Shown one piece after another: positions 12,837 to 26,400 of a stretch of DNA of 64,000 nt. The notes under the pieces are model-generated. The model did no database searches. It worked only from the letters and a program-made list of their open reading frames with translations, and had not been told where the DNA came from. The DNA is from Geosiphon pyriformis uo1 (Eukaryota > Fungi > Glomeromycota), in NCBI GenBank assembly GCA_016748015.1, contig JAAOMT010000776.1, positions 1 to 64,000 on the forward strand. The letters are read 5' to 3'. A program made the translations under genes and the position numbers. Numbering within the stretch: the first letter of the stretch is position 1; each line of letters opens with the position of its first letter.

Positions 12837-15560
12837 TTTTTTTTTTTTTTTTATGAATACAGTCCAACTACTACCTAAGTACATAAAATCGTACAAGATT
12901 CTAAATTAAGTGTGGCTTATGCTTTTTTTACACATAATTAGTTATTTGGGCTAATCAAAACAATATTATATATATAAACTATCTACTACAGAAAAATCAC
13001 ACAAAAAACCCAAAATATATACTCACCAAATCAGGATGTAAACCAAAACAAACATGAATACTCAACTTAATACCAAAACTACAAATTATTTCATAAAACA
13101 ACAGGGAGGCTAAATTAGAAACAACTTGAATTATGAATCTATCTTTTAGTAGGAGATCTATTTTTTTATAATGAATCTTTAATTTAGCAATTGGTACCCA
13201 AATAGCAGATCTGTAACTATTGGCAAAACTCCAAACCAAATTGACAACCATTAAACTTTTATTAGACCCAAAACTTAACAAACTTATTATGTCAATTATT
13301 TACTTTTTTATCACAAAACCTTTAGCCAAACCCATATACAAGCAATCAGAAAATTTATACAATGACCAAATTACTGTGCAGCTAGCATCACAAATGCCTA
13401 ACAAGTTAGACTAAACTTTAATTGTATCAGAAATTAATTTTTTCCTAACACTAGTGTTCTGTACACACAAAAATATATAATCAGAATTCTCAATCAAATT
13501 GCACTAGATATACAATATACTAGAATAGTTTGAACTGTATAGTCTTTTTTCTTGGCCATAAGCAGTTAATAATGTAAAGTTTTTATAAAATAAAAATGTA
13601 ATGCTGCAAAAGCAAAGCTTGAGAAGTCAGAGCAAATTCCACTATTAGAATGCCAAATACAAAAAGTCTAATACATATTCAACAATTTACTAAGATTTAC
13701 ATCCACAGCACTATTTGCACACTTAGATTTCCAGCCAACAAAACCAACAACATTAAACAAATGTCTTATAAAGCAATAAATATTTCCAAAGACAGACTTG
13801 TCTTTAATGGCAAGAAAGTAATATGGCACTTTAACAGGCAACACAAACTTAAATTCAGTGACAGCACTGGCAAAAAAGTCTGTATGCTTATTACCAATAA
13901 CCCCAAAATGTTTTTTGACCTTTTTTTAATGAATTAACAGATTTTTAAAAGCAATAGTAAAATAAATGTGTTTCTTTTTAATCCAGCATTTCTCACAAAA
14001 ATCAAGAATAACACAATTATTATCTGAAACACACATCCAAAAATGCCTGACTATTTGTAAACAGCATTATTAAACTCAAAGTTGGAATATAGTCCAAAAT
14101 AAGAACAATAACTTGCAGTTCTACTAGAGTTGAAAAAAGCAAACTGTGAATTCTAACTTTTATATTTAAATTTACATTTGAGAAGTAAGCAGCAGCATTA
14201 CCACAGGCACTTACATATCTCAAACTCTTAACCAATTTATTTGTGTAAACACTTATTACACTAAAACCAATCCTAATAAGACACTTATTAATAAACCTTA
14301 AATTACATGAGTATTCACTAAGAGTATAACAATAAGCCAAAACACTATCATCAACCAAACTACCACCCTTAATAAAAAAGACCAAAAAACTAAACCAACC
14401 AAGAACACAACCTTTAGAATTCAGTCTTTTTTATCTGCAAAATGTGTTCTATATAAAACATATGCCATGACAGTCCAAAAACTGATTTGCAAAAACAATG
14501 CCAAACTTTTTTAGCAAGACTAATACATTTAAGTAATGATTTACATCCAAAAAATCTACAACAGAAACACCACTACCAGTTTAAAAAACATTAGATATAT
14601 TATTGACCAAAAACAATTCACATGATGTCAGTATGTTAATTATACCAGTCAGAAAGCAATTGATGAGATTAATTAACAACTTAATTAGAAAATTTAGAAG
14701 TTGTCAGAGCATGCAACTAATGGCTTGCAGATCTATGGTCTTGTGTTTAAACAAATTGCCGAGAATGCTTTCCAAATTGGCGAAATTAATCAAATTAGCA
14801 AGCAAACATTTAGCTTGTATTTGCCCAAAAGATTTAAAACTATACAACTCAGAATAAAAGATAGCTTTATTAGAAAATTTTTTAGGTAAGTTGGTCTTAA
14901 ACTTAAGCTCTTTTCTGAACAATCTGTTCTATTTTTTACACACATTTATTGAAATATAATTAAACTGTACTTTATAACTAATAATAGGTTAAAACACTGT
15001 AGATACTAGATACAAAAATTGCTTGTCCGATACAGTTTTCTTCAAAACCAGGTTCATAAAAAACTTAATGTCCAAATAAGCTTTGACAATACTGGGTTTA
15101 GAGAAACTATTCATAAAGAAAAAAATGTCTAAGTACTTGTGAAATTCACTCTTTTTTGCTATTAAGATACTGGATTCACTAATAAGCATCTGAGAGTTTT
15201 CCACTCTTTAATTGATAGGTATAGTAACTATTTTGTCTATGTTAATAAAGATATTATTAATTTGAAAAAATTCACTTGCTATGTTTAAAAGTTCTGAATA
15301 ATAGACATATTATTCCCAATCTAAATCATATTGTTTACAAAAACTCCAGCTGCCAGAAAAGAGGTCTTGTCACCCTTAGAATTTTGCTTGTCAAACTTCA
15401 TAAAAAATCTTAAATCTACTTTGTATTCATATAATTTATTATGTTTCTTAACTTTGCAAAATAAGAGATTATAAAAGATTCTTTATAATAGCAACAAAAA
15501 CATCTCTTTCTAATTCAGACCATTGTAAACAACATAACCATCCATAAGTTCAAAAATTCT
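12837..15560 (-). mobile_element. Non-LTR retrotransposon (LINE) 3' part: RT C-terminal region, RNase H, C-terminal domain, 3' UTR, poly(A)
   Basis: ORF 14020-14385 is RNase H (VYT[D]..ACG.AAAYF..STLVELQVI..LFT[D]SQA); ORFs 14704-14922 and 12997-13281 fit ORF2; T-run 12837-12852 is the poly(A). The 5' part may continue, very decayed, to ~17300. Confidence 0.8.
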
Positions 15561-17887
15561 TAAATTAGTATTTTTATAATAAAATAAAAAATATTTTATT
15601 GGTAAAATTATTATTTAATTAAAGTTTTTGTTATAAATTCAGTTCAATATCAAAATATTATTTAATATAATTTAATATAATTTTTAATGAAAAAACTCAA
15701 AGCATTAAAACAACATATTATAATATTAATTATTTTTAAATATTTAATAAAGCTTTATTATTGAATTTAAAAAAACAAAAATTAAATATAAAAATAGATG
15801 TAACTTTTTATTTATAAGCATATTAAGCAAAAAATTAAATTTTCAGTAATTTGAGTTTCAACAATTTTAAACAAAATAAATTATTATTAAATATAATTTA
15901 CAAGTACTTATAAAAATTGCTAATTATGATTTTACAAAATTACAAGTTATCATTTTTTATCCAAAATCCAATAAAAAAAATTACAAAATAACAAGTAAAA
16001 TCTTTTTAAAACCAAAAATTTTTTTTTCAGTGGAATTATATTTCAAAAAAATATAACCAAATTAATTGCAATTGAATATTTAAGTAAAATAAGTTCGATT
16101 TAAGTTAACAAAATATTAATATTATTCAAAGCAAATATCTAATTACAGCATTTTCCGAGCTTTTTTTGAATTAAAATAAACAGTTGCATATTTAATTCTT
16201 ATATAAATAATAAAAAAACAATTGTTTTTTAACTAACTCTAAATATTTTCAGAAAATATAAGCATCTGTGTTTATGAATAAAATAATAAACAAAACTTAA
16301 TATTTGGTTTTTTTCGTTAAAAAGTCTTGTTTATATTAATTTTAGTAATATATATAGTATTTTTTTAATTAAAACAAACTATTTAAAAGCCACCAAATTA
16401 GTTTGGCTTAATTTAATAAACTCAACAACAATTTTTTGCCAAAAACAATAACTACAGTTGACTAAATTTAAAAAACCAATTATATAGCCATTTTTAAAGT
16501 ATTAACTAAAATTTTTAACAATTATTTCTCAATCTGTATAAGAATTTACATGTTTCAGATTAGTATTTGTAATTACATTATTTTTTCAGCCAATTTTTTT
16601 GTCTTAGCTAAGTTAAATTCTAATATAAATAATATTTTTATAATTTCATAAAAATTTGAAAAAAAAACTATCTGCTAAAAAAAATTTTCAGCTATTTGCA
16701 ATTTTTTTTACAAACTTTTTTTATTGTTAACAAATTAATATTCAGAGTAAAGAATTTTTTAACAGTAATTTTAATCTTTTTTTGGTAAAAAACATTAGCA
16801 ACTTTGAGTAAAATTAATAAGAATCTATATTTCAATTTCTATTTTCAAAGTTTAATTTACCTAAATTTCTAATTTTTATGTGTTTAGTTTAAATTTATTT
16901 CAGAATATTATTTTTTGAACCATGTAAATTTTATTATTATTATCTAAATTAAAACTGGTTTTCTTAATATAATATTTTTTAATGTTTTAGTATTAGTTTT
17001 AGTTTTTTATTTCTATTCTTTACTTTTTAAAACCAAAATCTTTTCCAAGAGAAATTAACAAAGTCATTAGAACTCTTAATGTTTTTATCATCTTTTTGTT
17101 TTTTTGCATCAAAATATTTTTTTTAAGCTTGTATTAGTTCTTTTTTAATTTTGCTATTAGATATATTCTTATTAAAGCTGTTTACAGCTGTCAGTTTTTA
17201 AATAAAAAAGTTGTTGAACACAAAATTATTTTTTTGGTTTCTTGATTCTTTTTTGTGGTTTAAATATCAATAAAAGAAAAAATTTTATTAAGAAATTAAT
17301 TTATTAATTAAAATACAATATAATAAATTTCAAAAAATTATTTGTTTTTAATATTTTCAAGCAAAATATATATATTTCAGATGTTAAGATACTATAAATT
17401 TTAAAATATTCCAGCAAATTTTTCAATATAATATTTAATCAATTTTAAAATTGTTGTGTATTATTATGTAAATTTTTACATTTTCATATTTTCTTTGTCA
17501 TTTAGAAAAAATAAAAAATAAAAAATAATTTTTTTCTTAATTAACTTTATAATTCCTCTGTAAAAAAATAAATATTGAGTTATTGTAATAATATGCTTTT
17601 AAGCAAATTTTCAATAATAAATTTTAAAAATTTTATTTTAGCTAAAACACAACCAATCACTAAAACTAATATATTAAGAATGTTAAGCTGATGTAAATCC
17701 AATAACACATTATTCAATGATTAGAATATTTGATGTGAACCAATTAATATATTCTTTAAAAAAAAATTTGTTTCATCTCTTTAACAATATTTAAGATTAC
17801 TTGGCAATCATTACAATATAATCTTAGCAAATGATTAATGCTCATCCGAAAAATTATTAAACCCATTTTGAATTTATGCTTTCTCTT

Positions 17888-18999
17888 CTAAAACTCCTCC
17901 CTAAGAATATCATAATATTCACTCCAGAGCCACTGTAAAGTCTCTTTCACTGTTGGTTTATCAAGTTTATTTCTTGCTGACAACTTTCTTGCATAGACTT
18001 TCAATTCATCAAATTCTTGAAGTTGCCTAAAGGCTGTCAGAATCAGGTATCTGACAGACCATATGTCAATGCTCTCATTATAACCGTCTTGGAAAATCTT
18101 GGGTACATGGTTTTCTTCAGCAAAGTATGCACTGGAAGCAGCTAAAGTGGTATAACACACGTCATCAAAGTCGATTATGAACCACTTATCTCAATCAATG
18201 AATTTTAACACATTCTCCCAATAGATATCACAATGCATGATCTTTATTTTGTGAAGAGCCTAGGAATAAATGTTTTAGTCATAAAATACCTATGTTTCTG
18301 AGATAAATCAAATGAAAGCAATGGATACTTTAAGGATAGTTAAAACACAACATAACATTTTGATTAGTTGTTTCTTTGATTCTGGCCTATATACCATACT
18401 CTTTGGTGAAAGAATTACAAATGGCACTCCAGTTTCATTCTTATTGACGTGTTTTAGCTGATCAATGAAAGGAACTTTATGGTTGGACATATTATTGTAA
18501 ATAGCTTGGATATATACAACAGACTGTGTCAAGCAGTAATGTTTCACAACGACATTTTGCATTAATTCAACTACCTTGCCATTTGACTGGGAAAGGATGA
18601 CAAATTTTTGCTGAAAATATTGTGGAACAGTTTGGTGAAGTAAAGATAATAATTGACCAATGTTAATTCCAATAATAAAAGCCTTTATGTGCCCCTCTAG
18701 CTTATTCAGTTCACAAGTGAACAAATTATTTCACAGAATCTGTTCTCTTTCTAAATACAAATAGGAATATGTCACTATGGTGGTGCATGCATAATATCCG
18801 AAAATGTAAAGACATTGTCTGTATGTCAATATTAACTTTTCAGTTAGTTCCTTCACTGGATTACTCTCAGTATAAAGACCCTCTTTCTCTCCTTTCACGA
18901 GACAAGTATCCAATACAGAATAGGAAAGATCAGGTCATAATTTTCTAGTGGAAGTATGTAAAGATGTGTTTTGGCCATATTTACCCACTCATGATCTGA
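17888..18999 (-). pseudogene. Crinkler (CRN)-type REase-fold plus kinase gene, 5' truncated at an LTR
   Basis: PD..S..D.CLVKGEKE..NPVKELTEKL..TY..YIFGYYA, then IMHCDI.WENVL, IDFDD, ENHVP, IDIWSV; GT..AG intron 18260-18328. Confidence 0.75.
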
Positions 19000-19397
19000 T
19001 GTTACAAGTAAACTTGATGGGTATGGGAAATGGTAATGTTTGATGCTCTCAATTATTAATAATGCATCTTCTACATAATTCTGTTGGCTTAGTCTTGATT
19101 ATCAGTCTCTGAAGGTCTATTCCTGGATGTGAATTTACCCATTAAATTCTTTGGTTATAAGGCACAGAGTTTGTCTTTCGTCAATTGCAATGTTTTTTGT
19201 AAATGTGAGCTTTCTTCTCCAAGCTAACAAGCACAGTCGTTAAGATCTGGTGTTGTCTTTTTGCCTTTCTGATAAGCTAACAAAATAATGTTAATATCCA
19301 AAACTTAGGGGGAGCTTCTCTTTTTTACCAGGCTATCACAAAGTCTATTCCCAGACAGTCAATTTTATTATGTTGCCGCTCCACAAAAATAAGACAG

Positions 19398-19438
<41 letters not shown>

Positions 19439-20083
19439 AGAAAAGATAAATTAGTATCATCAATCGCCATGATCAAGAGCAATTGGTTCAAATCATTAAT
19501 AGGTTCAAGGCAGTTATGCTAAAAGCATCTGTTCTAGAACAGAGGTACAAGACAAGGATTAATTCACGTAAATTCCACAAAGTTTGAAAACATGAATTTG
19601 TGATTCTGATTTCTTTAATAATTGGTTTATTTCAGGAAATAAAATAGGGAAGATAATAAAGGATAAAGGAATATGGATATTTTAATTTTGGTTTAGAGAT
19701 TTGTATCTATCTGTCTGTCTTTTTTCACTTCTATAACTACTTGCTTTTATATATTTTTTTGGTTTTACAGGATTGCTTTCAATTGTCTCACTATTGCTAG
19801 TTATTGCTTTGTTGTTTCTGTTATTGCTTTGTTTTTCTACATTATCACTAGTTATCCTATATTATAACACGTTATCTGACGTTATTACATGTTATTCTGT
19901 GTTATCCTGCATTATAACACATTATCCTATGTTATTGCACACTATTCTGTGTTATCCTGCATTATAACATGTTATCCTATGTTATAATGTGTTATCCAAT
20001 GTTATTGCATGTTATTCTGTATTATGTTACATTTTGGTCACGTTTTTTCATAACTTTGGATTGGTTTTTCTACTTGGGTAACA
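19000..20083 (-). mobile_element. Solo LTR J (LTR type 2) with non-matching flanks
   Basis: TGTTAC...GTAACA termini; reverse-complement homologue of 26398-27441; no PBS or PPT; flanks CTGA / CCAT. Confidence 0.88.
19850..20031. repeat. ~10-bp-periodic U3 tandem array of LTR type 2 (TGTTATCCTG/CATTATAACA)
   Basis: Visible; also present inverted at ~26450-26590. Confidence 0.8.
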
Positions 20084-23000
20084 CCATTAACTTTCATGTC
20101 AGTGTACATGGCGGTGATCAGTTTGGTGTTAAGAGTGGCTTTACTGAATAATGAGACTGGTGTAGTTTTCTTTAGTTCAAAAAGAAAAATAGCTGCTAGA
20201 GATTTGTTGTTAGAGATAGTTGCTGGTGGAATATTGCTGGTAAGTGGCTAATTCTGGTTGGGTTCTGGATTGTTAAATGGGGCACCTTCTGGGATAATCA
20301 AGAGACTTAAGTAGTTCTGGAAATTTGGGTTTTGGACATGGCTGGTACCCGAATTCTGCTGACAAGATCTTGATTGTTGGGCTAATGAACTGGGGATTGG
20401 TTGGTGAACTATTATTGCTAATCTCCAGTTTTGTTGAGTTATTCTTGGCCTGTATATTCTGTTTCAAGGTAAGTTTGATAACAGTGTTTGAATTTGTTGG
20501 AGTTAATAGATTACTGGTGGCTGTAGTTAATATATTACTTGTGGCTATGGTTGATAAATTGGAGTTTGATATACTGGTGGTTGATAGATTGGCTGCTGCA
20601 TTATTGGCAGGTATGTAGATTGATATTGATTTTGGTTTGAGTAAGAATTTGGGGTTTGAAACCGGCAATCGAGATTTCTGTATTGATTTCCTGATTATTG
20701 GTTATTATTATTGGATCAGCAGTCAATTTTTAGATGGCTTTGTCTTTCATAGTTGTGGCAAATATGCATCTTTAGTTGCCATGACTGATTGGATAATGAT
20801 GTTTACAACTAATATTGAAAAAAATTCGCATTTTCTTGGCTACTGTGTCATTGTGGAGGTTGATAAATTGCCTGATTATTGTTAGCTAAGTATCTCTCTA
20901 GTTTCTGATTAATTGAATTACTAAATTGTTTCAATTTGGAATCCAATTCAGATGATCTATTTATTACTAGATTTATGATTTGGGTGTGGTTGGCTTCTAA
21001 CTCAGCTGACTCAAAGTCCCTGGCATGTGTGACTGCATCTTGGAGAGTGGCTGCATGTAATAAATATATGTGTTGTAGAATGCTACTGCACAGACCATAA
21101 ATAAACTGATTCAAGATTTGTGGTTCTGTGAAATAGTTAGTGTCAATTGCTTGAATTTAGTGCAGATTTCACTGGAAGCATCTCAAGTAAGTGGTAACTG
21201 CTTTAGTATTTCCCTGTTTAATGGTGGTGAAAGTGTTGGCCAAATGATTAATGCTATTATTATTACTAAAATATCTTAAGAATTCAAGTTTGAATTCCTA
21301 GAAGGTTTGTGGTCTGGCTGCTAAACTCTGATACTATGAATCAGTGGTATCTTAGAAAAATTAAGGAATCACTTGAAAGGCTTTGTTGTCATTCCAGTTA
21401 TTGGCAGTAATGGCTTTGGTGATATCATTGATCCAGGCTTGGGTGTTGTCTTCTTTGCCAGTAAATTTTTTGAGTTTGACAATTGGAGCATAAGTCATTA
21501 GATTCATGTTTTGTTGTTGAAGTGGTTGTTGCAGTGGTTGTAGTTGTTAAAAGGGTTGTTGAATTTGTTGATTTAGTTGTAGAGACTTAACTATTGAATT
21601 AATCAGTGACTGATCAATGACAATTATTGAAAATATGTTTGGTTGATTAATTAATTCAGAATTTGTATTATTCTGATTTTGTGGTGGTTAAATATTCGGA
21701 GTTTCAACTTCTGGATTTTCTAAATTTGGATTTTGCTGAGTTTGAAAGTTTGGGGTTTCAATGTTTGGGTTTTCTGGAATTAGGTTCTGGTAAGTAAATT
21801 TCTGATCTTTGGCTTCTTCTTCTTCCTCTTCTTCTGATTTTGTTACCTTCTACAGATTAGCTGTTCCAAAATCTGGTGGAGATGGTAGTGATTGGTATCC
21901 TAATGGGGTGGTTGATCACAATTTAAATCCTTCAAAATAATCATCATAGATTCTTAATAACTCTGCTTTCTTTTGTTTATTTTGAAATGGGAGCTGTCCA
22001 AATGTTGATGTCACATTTAATGTGGACGTGCCTATTGATGAGATGTTGATGGCACTTCTGAATATATAGTGGTATGATGAGTTTGTTGGTGATTTAACTC
22101 TGGTTTTCTTTCAAGTGGATGGTTAGATCCCTTTTGGTATTGCTGTTGGTGTTTGTAGTTTTCCTTTTTCTTTGTCTGTGTAGGTAATTGGTAATTGGGA
22201 ATTGTTGTTGAGTGTATCTTTCAATGGTTTAATTGATTTCTCTGATAATTGGTGCAAAACTGTAATTTTTTGGTAAGCTGATATGTTGAAATAATTCTGT
22301 ATAAAAGTTTTCTCTTGCTAATTCAATGTCAACTGTTCCTCCTAAACAGTCTGTGATTTTTTTGTTAACATAAAAGTTGAAAGCAGATTCTGCTGGATAA
22401 TGGTTGTTGTTTAATCCTAGTTGTTGGCTATACTGTTAGAACAAAAATTTGGCAAATCCTAAATGGTTTGTTCTTATGGTTTCTGGTTCTGCTACTTTTA
22501 AATAATTGTTGTTGGTGCTGGTTCTTTATAAGATTATACTTCACAGAGAGCACCAAATGTTACAAGTAATTATTTGGGACCTCAAATCAAATAACAAATT
22601 CATAACTTGGTGCTCAATTGATAGTAGATGATGTTGATAATTTTTAAAAGTGTGTTTTTTTGAAGGTTTTGGTTGAGTTCTTTGTATAATAGACAGAAAT
22701 TCAATAGTTGTTTTCTCCATAGCTTCCTGAAACTGCAGTTTTATTAATTTCTTTCTCAGTGTGATGACCAGTAATCTTTCTGGTAAAATATCCTTAATTC
22801 CGAGTATTTACCCTTATTCCTAAGTTTTTTACCAATGCTATATCCTGACATCAGTACCTCCATGTATTAATCCTTTTAATTGAGTTAATAGTAAAAGAAA
22901 TCAAAAAAAAATAAAAGGAAATAAAGAAAAAAAATAAAAAAAATCAAAGAAATAAGCCAAAGCAATTTTGCACATTAGTATCTCATTAATAGCTGTGATT

Positions 23001-23424
23001 AAGAGCTATTATTCTAATATGGTTAAGTATGAATTACTATCAACACTTCATGTTGATAGTGAAAAGTGGATTAAAATAGTGAATAATTATTTATTGATAT
23101 TTGTAATGTGGAAGATTGCTTAGATCAAATCTAAATTGAGAAGTCTGTATTTTCTACTTTTAACATTACCACTATATATACATAATTGAGATTCCTCAAT
23201 TCCTCGATTTTTTACACCAGGAATCCTGGAATTTCTGGAATCCTGCAATTCCTTTGAGAGGAATCCTGAAATTCTGGAATCCTGCAATTCCTTGTATGAG
23301 AATTCTGAAATTCCTGGAATTTTGCAATTCCTCTAATAAAAATCCTAGAATTTCACATTTACTATGATTACTTCTGATTGGCTAATTTATGCTAGTATAT
23401 ACTTCTTATATTCTATGAGTAACA
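20084..23424 (-). mobile_element. Ty3/Gypsy element I, 5' half (LTR 22558-23424, PBS, gag, start of protease), cut by J
   Basis: LTR homologous to A/B; PBS 22539-22557; Gag ORF 20848-21114; ITAMYTD at ~20090-20120. Confidence 0.9.
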
Positions 23425-26400
23425 ACATCAATCTGAAAAGAACCACCAGCACAAATCCCAGCAGAATCAGCATCTTCTCTGATAGAAAAAACAGCTATCT
23501 TGCAACCTATTGGATTGAATGACAAAGAAAAACAACCAATACTAACACTCAGAGAACACTCAAACACATGAATACCAATACTCTTAACATCAAACAGTAA
23601 CACCTCACTCATCAACTAGATCATGGCTTATTGAGATATTGCCAAACTAGAGAAATTCTCCAGTGAAGAAGATAATACATATACATGGATTGTAAAAGCT
23701 GAGAAAAGCATTACTGCCAACAATTGAAATGATAATAGAGCCATTCAAGCATTGCCATTCTTTTTAACTGAAACTGTAAACTCATGGTATCAAAGCTTTG
23801 CAAAGAAACCAACCAACTTTGCTGCCTTTAAACTTGCTTTTCTGTAATACTTTTGTGACCCCAATACTCTCATCAAATTACAAAATTAGTTCAGTATCAT
23901 AAAACAAAAAAATTATAAAGCAGTGACCACTTATCTTGTACAATTCAACCAAATTCTTCATTAAATTCAGGCCATTAAAAGAGATTACTATACTGTAGCA
24001 CAAATTCTTAATCAATTCATCAAAAAATTAAAAAACAGCTTCTTCCAATCCATAAAACTTTACCACCTGACAAATCTACAAGAAGCAGTTACTCTTATTT
24101 ATGACTTTGAATTAGCAGAACAAAAGACTAACCATATTCAAGCTGTTAATCTGGCTATCAATAGAACATCTGATATCAACACAAAAATAACTCAATTAAG
24201 TAAAAAATTAACTCAGAAAATTGAAAAATTTTTAGCCAGTACTATAGGACCCTACCAGTTACCACAATAAAAAAATAGTAATAACAACAAATACTAACAA
24301 CAACAAAATCATCAGCAACAACAACAATCTTGGAGATCTGATTTCTGCAATTGTTACTATTGCCAGAAATTTGGACACATTGCTTGGGACTGTTATAAAA
24401 AAGTAATGAACCAAAATTAAGGAAATCAATATTAGCAACCAAGATACTCTTAAAACATGGTATTTCAATACTCTATGCCTCAATATCAACCATCTCAATA
24501 CTTACAACAAATTCAGTATACTCAACAATTACCTTAGAACTACTATCAGTCATTGCAACCAATATTTTAAGCAGCACTCCAGTACTAAAACCTCATTTAT
24601 AATCAATCTAGATATCATGCAATTGACTACAACCAAGAATAGAAGAACTCCAGCAACAATCAAATGCTAACTAACAGTGTACCATTATGATTCCTAAATT
24701 GTAGTAATGCTCTATCTTGACTAACACCAACCAAATACCCTAACCAAGTCTTATATTTTGGTTTTACTAAAAACCAGGATTTTTATAACTCTACACCTTT
24801 TGAAGGGAAGGATGTAGGAGAGGCTTTTAACCCTTTGAGACAAAATCAAACCAACAATACTATTCCACCCACCATTATTACTGAAGATACCACTCTTGCC
24901 ACTATTTTTTCTTTTAATATTGACAGTCTGAACACTAATAGCCTTTTTAATGGAGCTGCCATAAATTAGGACAAACCAATTATAACACTGTACACTGATA
25001 TTAGAGTCAAAAACATAAACATTAAATTAATTTTCAATAATGGATTAGCAGGCAGTATAATAACAAAACAACTCATAAATTAATTAGGTTACCAAATAGA
25101 TTGTGTCACAATTGTCCGAATTATTACCATAGATGACAATATTAAAACTCTGATCAGAAAAATTGATAACTTCCTTTTTGAAATTAATGGAATTTAAATT
25201 TCTACAAAAGTCCTGGTCATGAAAACCATGTAATATCAAGCTCTCATTGGAAATAACTGGTTGGCCAAAATCCATGTCACTCTTGACTGGAACACACAGG
25301 AATTACAAATCACCTTTAATAAATAACATGCCCGAGTTTTAGCTACATGTAGATACTTCAAAGTCCAAAGCTTGGAGAAACTGCTTATTAAATTCAAAGA
25401 CACAACACTACTACCAACCATAGAAACCTATCAAGTTTCATGGACAAATGATTTCCAAACAGAACTACCACCACCACCAATCTGGAAAAAAAAGGGCAAG
25501 GGAAAAACAAAAGAACTACAATTGGTACTTGCAGGCTATTTAGCTCCCAGTCAAGAAAGTCAATAGTATCAAATCCCAAAATTAATTTGTGTTGACTGTA
25601 AAAAAAAGTTATCTTTCATGGGTGCATGTATCAGAGACAACAAGAAATGGCCAACTGTTACCAAATACTACTGCAGACCTTGTGTGTTAGGAAGATTTAG
25701 CAGACCAAAATGACAAGGCAAATAGAACAATATACTATGTCTTGTCTGTGATAAAATCCTGTTGTATAAAAGACTATAGAACAATGTTTCTGGCAAAGGA
25801 GGAACATGTAACAAAGCATGTCAATATACAATTTTAATCAACAATTGGATACAAAAAGAAACTCATATTGAGAACATCTAAAAACAAACACTCAGTAAAT
25901 TAGACAAATACCCACATAATGAACACAAAATATGAAGAATGACAAATGCCAAAGCCAAAGATACTACACTCAATAAAATATGAGAAATCAAGAAAAATCC
26001 ATTCATTTCCAAATATAATGAACCTGATTATATTATAGATGATTTTTTTGCAAATAATTCAGATGCATTCCAAGATTGATACCAAGAACTGGTTTTGTTT
26101 CAAGAAAAGCAGAAACAATGACTGGCTGACTTAAACATGAAATTATGCAATCACTGCTTGATTCCATATTACTTTCAGTACTGTAACAATTGTGATCTCA
26201 TGTTTAATCTTCTTCCAAAAATGCTATATCTGATCATTGAACTATTAGAAACAGAAGAAAATTATAAATTAATTATCAAGAACATGTTGTTTTAAGAGCC
26301 AATTAAAGCTACCAAAACAGTACAGTATCTTGTCTACTTCAATCTCTCTAAAGAATTGGAATTAAAATGGTACAGTAACAATGAAAAAAGAATTTGCTAT

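Noticed and set aside
12858-12900. TACAGTCC as a DNA-transposon TIR
   Set aside because: No convincing partner TIR; lies in the LINE 3' UTR next to its poly(A)
19398-19435. Poly(A) run as a LINE/SINE tail
   Set aside because: It is the U-rich tract internal to LTR J; K has a T-rich tract at the same position
19773-20151. Hydrophobic membrane-protein or Env-like ORFs (also 26501-26752)
   Set aside because: Antisense translations of LTR repeats and T-rich tracts
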